A program made the translations under genes and the position numbers. Below, piece after piece: positions 60,681-64,000 of a stretch of DNA of 64,000 nucleotides (position 1 is the first letter of the stretch; every line of letters starts with the position of its first letter). A model generated the notes under the pieces. It was not told the origin of the DNA. It saw only the letters and a list, made by a program, of their open reading frames with translations, and did not search any database. Source of the DNA: Eledone cirrhosa (Eukaryota); NCBI GenBank assembly GCA_964016885.1, contig OZ024742.1:67270001-67334000 (forward strand). The letters run 5' to 3'.

Positions 60681-61224
60681 AATAATGTGCAATAAATTGT
60701 ATGGTTCAAAAATAGCAAATAGCAAATATAATGTTGAATTAAAATATTTCAACATGTGATGAATGGAATAGTATAAATTTATGCCTTCTCTAGTCATTTT
60801 GTTTTTCATCAATACGAAATTATAGATTTGAAGAGTTTTATGTTTTAAGAAAGATTTTATTTCAGTTTCATTGAATTTGTGTCTTAATTTAATATATTAC
60901 CAGTATTAAAAATTGATTATACTATAAAATCAAGAAGTGGAAAACTGACTCGAATTTTAGGAGGAATAATCTCTCCGACGTAATAACTTCATATTGCAGA
61001 AATAAATATTTCCCAGTGGTGAAAAGGGGGAATCAAATATTGCAATAGAAATATGATGTAATAATACACGTAAATCCGCTGTTATATTTAATCATATTTC
61101 TGGAGCATAAAATATGCATTATATTCAAAATACTTTCATATTTTGATGTACATATATGTACTGTAGTGTTTTAATGCATGGATCTTTATCAGGGTGTGCA
61201 ACGTTTGCAAATAACATACTCACA

Positions 61225-61499
61225 TGCAACTGCTGGACTTGAGAACAGTCGAGAATATATAGTTTTTTCGTCTGTGTAAATGAGGTGATTAATCTCAATT
61301 GCATATGGGTAGGAGGGACCGTCCTATACATATTTCTATACATATCCGTTTAAAGCTATGTTTGAAGCGGGATCCTATTTCTATTCTATTCTAAGTTGAG
61401 CCAGCTTATGCAGATTCATATGCAAATGAGATTAACCACCTCCTTTACACAGACGAGTAAACTATATATTCTCGACTGTTCTCAAGTCCAGCAGTTGCA
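61225..61499. repeat. ~82 bp inverted repeat next to an HHR
   Basis: 61225-61307 is the reverse complement of 61418-61499; ggagggaccgtcct is duplicated at 61311 and 61506. Confidence 0.8.
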
Positions 61500-61512
61500 A
61501 GAGGTGGGAGGG

Positions 61513-61556
61513 ACCGTCCTGATGAAAGCCAGTCAAGCCTGAAATGCATAGACGGT
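61513..61556 (+). ncRNA. Minimal type I hammerhead ribozyme
   Basis: ACCGTC-CTGATGA-AAGC..GCCT-GAAA-TGCA-TA-GACGGT (6-bp stem I). Confidence 0.7.
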
Positions 61557-61674
61557 TGTACCCCTTGCTCCTGCTTGACACCACCAAAGGGCGCTAGCCC
61601 CGGTGTTTACATAGCTTCGGCTTCCTAAAAGTTTCCTATAAACATACCGTGTTTCTTTAGAAATACGAAATTTT

Positions 61675-61708
<34 letters not shown>

Positions 61709-61718
61709 TCTTTCCCTC

Positions 61719-61754
<36 letters not shown>

Positions 61755-61879
61755 GCTCTCTCTCTCTCTATATATATATATATATTTATATATAAGTAGA
61801 ATTGATATTGAATTTGTTGGAAATACAACAAATAAATATAAATGTTTATAACTGATTCAGAGTACTCGATAGCTTTCTG

Positions 61880-62210
61880 GAGTAAATATTCAATGATATT
61901 AAATAAAGGAAAACCATATTTATTCAATTATATATATTTCAACGGTACCAAAATTTTGGTACGCTATCATCAGATAAAATACAAAATGTTTTATAAATAT
62001 TTGACATGACGAAGATAATATCCCTTAACGGTTCAAGTTATCCCAAATTATAACTTTCCAGAGATAACTTGGTCATGTCAAATATTTATAAAACATTTTG
62101 TATTTTATCTGATGATAGCGTACCAAAATGTTGGTACCCTTGAAATATTTATAATTGAATAAATATGGTTTTATAAATATAGTTTCCATCTATTTAATAA
62201 CATTGTATAT
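61880..62210. repeat. Fold-back copy of the 260-bp HHR cassette family, HHR-like motif in each arm (61923-61979 minus, 62103-62159 plus)
   Basis: 61910-62011 is the reverse complement of 62072-62173; CTGATGA-TAGCGTACCAA..TTGGTACC-TT-GAAATAT. Confidence 0.75.
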
Positions 62211-62237
62211 ACATGTTTATATATATATATATATATA

Positions 62238-63108
62238 TTGGAAGGTAATATCCGTAGTGGTAGAGCACTCAGTCCATGGGACGAATTAGGTAGAAGTGGT
62301 TACACAACAGTTAGTTCACAATACCCAGAACAATTGTTTCACCTTAGCGGATCCTCAGCTCGTAATGGACATTCTTATACGGAACAGGAAGGACACCGTA
62401 CGAACGCGCATGCGCAGAAACGACCATTTGACACAGGCAATACTAAATTGCGTACGAGAGGTGTAAGGGAGATAACTGCGAATGTCCGAAAGTTTCTGGT
62501 TGATAAGAAAATTAGGATGCTGTTGTAATTCAAGCCGAAGCTTTGTAGTTATGTAACAGGTGTTTCCAGACTTGTGGACAACGTGTGAAGAACTAATCTC
62601 TCGTGTTTAGGCAATCACTATTGCGTAATCTCTTTAGAATATTGATTCGTTCATCAATACATAGTCCACACGACGGATTTTCCCTTGCGTATTGCTTGGA
62701 CTTAGTGATGGCTTTCCATTGAATGGAGTAGTCTATACTTTACTCCTTGATGGACCATATGTGGGTCGCGAGTTTCGTTGAGACAATAGACAAACTATCT
62801 GGTTCTCTCCTCCCTTCTCACTCAACGTTAAAACCAATGTAGGCAAAAAATGCCTAGCTCTCTTAGATAGACACTTTCTCATAGGTCATAAACACCGGTC
62901 TATCTTTAACCGACACAAAGTAAAACTAGGATACTCCTGCGCTAAGAACATGAAGGCCCATATTACCAACAGCCCTGAGAGCAACGCCTCACCAGGGTGT
63001 TCTTGCCGTAAGCCCGGACAGAGGTTCATCCACGAAATTCGCGAGCCACGTATGGCCCCTCAAAAATCAAGTATATGCTGCTCCATTCAATGGAAAGCCA
63101 TCACTAAG
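62238..63108. pseudogene. Rearranged Naiad-type PLE remnant: endonuclease C-terminus + pLTR on minus (62238-62781), linker on plus (62790-63108)
   Basis: Minus: STKLATHIWSIKE*SIDYSIQWKAITK..CGLCIDE..CLNTR; plus: IWFSPPFSLNVKTNVGK..KVKLGYSCAKNM..GCSCR; 62701-62781 inverted at 63029-63108. Confidence 0.8.
62322..62365 (-). ncRNA. Minimal type I hammerhead ribozyme in the PLE pseudo-LTR
   Basis: TACGAG-CTGAGGA-T.CC(gctaa)GG.T-GAAAC-AATT-GTT-CTGGGTA; stem I partly mismatched. Confidence 0.6.
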
Positions 63109-63109
63109 A

Positions 63110-63789
63110 GTTCCTTACTTCTCTTCAGCCAGCTGGAACTCCTCCACATAAACTTTAAGAAGTTAAGAGTCCCAATAGTGCTTCTAAGAAAATTGGGTCC
63201 TCCTAAATTATGCGATGGGAGAAGGTCGATTGTGAAGACATTATCACCTAATGTGATAGAAGCTACTATCATCACTGGATGTGCTTCTGGGGAAGATGTT
63301 TTCATTCCAAGAACTCCTATCAAACTAACAGCCATGCTATTTGAGTTCAAACGAACACGATTCCCAGTGCGACTTTGCTTCGCAATGTCTATTAATAAAG
63401 CTCATGTTCAGACTTTGAAATCTACGAGCTTGCACTTAATTGAACCTTGCTTTTCTCATGTTCAACTTTATTTGGTTGCTCCAGGGTCGGTAGTTTACAA
63501 GACTTATTTGTCTATGCTCCTAACCAGAAAACAAAGAATGTTGTTTACTCAGAAACTTTTATGTAATTTCCTTCAACATATGTGATAGAATTTACCTCCC
63601 TTCATAAACATCGTAAATTTTGTATATCCGTTTCTTCTTTTTTTTTTTTTAATTACAAATTCAGAATTGATGTATTCCAATTGAAGAATAATTGAATTTA
63701 GAAAAACAAATTTCCATACAACTTATTTTGCTTTTTTCTTCTAATATATAAGGAACAATTTCATTTCCGGGCAAGACTGGCTCTGCTAG
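63110..63789 (+). mobile_element. Helitron 3' remnant: Pif1 helicase C-terminus and CTAG 3' terminus
   Basis: PIVLLRKL-PPKLCDG, VIEATIITG..GEDVFIPR, FEFKR-RFPVRLCFAMSINKA, PCFSH-QLY; ccgggcaagactgg..CTAG|T at 63767-63790. Confidence 0.85.
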
Positions 63790-64000
63790 TCTGATATAAA
63801 TGATAACGCCAACAAACAAAGGAGAAACTACTTGAAATTGTATGGCGAGGAGGAAATACATAAATTATTAAATGCTCGAAATGTAAATCGAACAATACTT
63901 GAAGAGGATTATCAGTTAGACTAATATATAACAGAGGACTATAAACTGTAACTGACGCATAGAATTAGTCGACTATTAGTAGCCAGTTCTAAATTGTGTG

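Overview
Eukaryotic, very AT-rich, gene-free genomic DNA packed with (TA)n/(CA)n microsatellites and transposons. The repeat spectrum (a Deu/Nin-domain tRNA-SINE, RTE LINEs, Naiad-type Penelope elements, extreme TA/CA density) looks like an octopus/cephalopod genome; that assignment is inference. I found no host gene, and most listed ORFs are microsatellite artefacts. Coding remnants: two RTE LINE copies (one 5'-inverted), a near full-length Penelope-like element (RT + GIY-YIG, Naiad-type, 42052-47025), several other Naiad fragments, a decayed L1/Tx1 LINE, two Helitron helicase remnants, an old RTE remnant and a bipartite non-autonomous RTE. The main hidden signal is about 20 type I hammerhead ribozyme (HHR) motifs, some degenerate. 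They sit in 250-700 bp non-coding cassettes inserted into (TA)n (retrozyme-like, Penelope-dependent). These cassettes occur as more-than-unit-length or tandem copies (circular RNA signature) and very often carry a fold-back inverted arm. In some cases the fold-back apex lies inside the ribozyme helices. Many of the ribozymes share a mismatched first pair of stem II (U.U, C.A). All structures and boundaries were read by eye; coordinates of degenerate elements are approximate.
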